Part shown: positions 63,636 to 64,000 of the stretch, in pieces | Layout of the letters: the number at the start of each line of letters is the position of its first letter | How positions within the stretch are numbered: the first letter of the stretch is position 1 | Assembly (NCBI RefSeq): GCF_009914755.1 | Contig: NC_060948.1 | Source: the human T2T-CHM13v2.0 reference genome, Homo sapiens | Strand: one strand, 5' to 3' | Length of the DNA: 64,000 nucleotides | Notes under the pieces: generated by a model | Database searches by the model: none | What the model saw: the letters and a program-made list of their open reading frames with translations, nothing else | Told to the model about the DNA's origin: nothing | Position numbers and translations under genes: made by a program

Positions 63636-64000
63636 GGTCTAGGAGCTGGTGGACACAATGGCTGGAGTATGTGTCCAGAATGTGCCTGCTCAGGCCCCAG
63701 GCACTTCCGGACTGTGGGGGGACTTGAACCCCAGGTTAAGGGGACACCATGGAATGAGAGCTCAGCCTGCTGTTGGAATACTGGGGATAGGATATTTTTT
63801 ACTGAAGTAAATCCCCTACCTATTAAGGAACTACTACCCAATCTGTCCTCTTTCTGACCCCTGACAATTAGCAAATCTGCTTTCTTTCTCTATGAAATTA
63901 CTTATTCTGGACATTTATATACATAAAATCATACACTATGTGACTTTTGTGCTTAGCTTCTTTAAACACAATGGTTTTGCAGTATCTTCACATTGTAGTA

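Overview
Primate, almost certainly human, Y-chromosome ampliconic DNA. It is AT-rich and repeat-dense, with no complete protein-coding gene. It carries a mosaic of unprocessed (intron-flanked) pseudogene fragments: a RAB9A coding exon (-); C-terminal USP9Y/USP9X-like exons (+), one split by a U1 snRNA retrocopy; catalytic-domain USP9 exons in the opposite orientation (-); first and last coding exons of an XKR3/XKRY-like gene (+); and two intact PRY coding exons (+) with no recognisable 5' exons. A [TTCC]6[TTTC]14 compound repeat matches the multi-copy Y-STR DYS527/DYF401 as I recall it. Together with the gene order, this suggests an arm of AZFc palindrome P1 (yellow-to-blue amplicon boundary, PRYP3/PRYP4 region). 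That placement is from recall, not alignment. Mobile elements: two twin-primed L1s, a full-length L1PA3-type, a 3'-truncated L1PA6/7-type, older L1s, many Alus, LTR19/HERV-F, ERVL pol, HML-8 (MER11) env+LTR, LTR14C and MER50. I see no new biological system. The most notable observations are two L1s about 20 kb apart that share many non-consensus substitutions, a TSD-flanked HML-8 remnant missing its 5' part, the U1 insertion inside a USP9 exon, and a probable amplicon breakpoint near 56,982.
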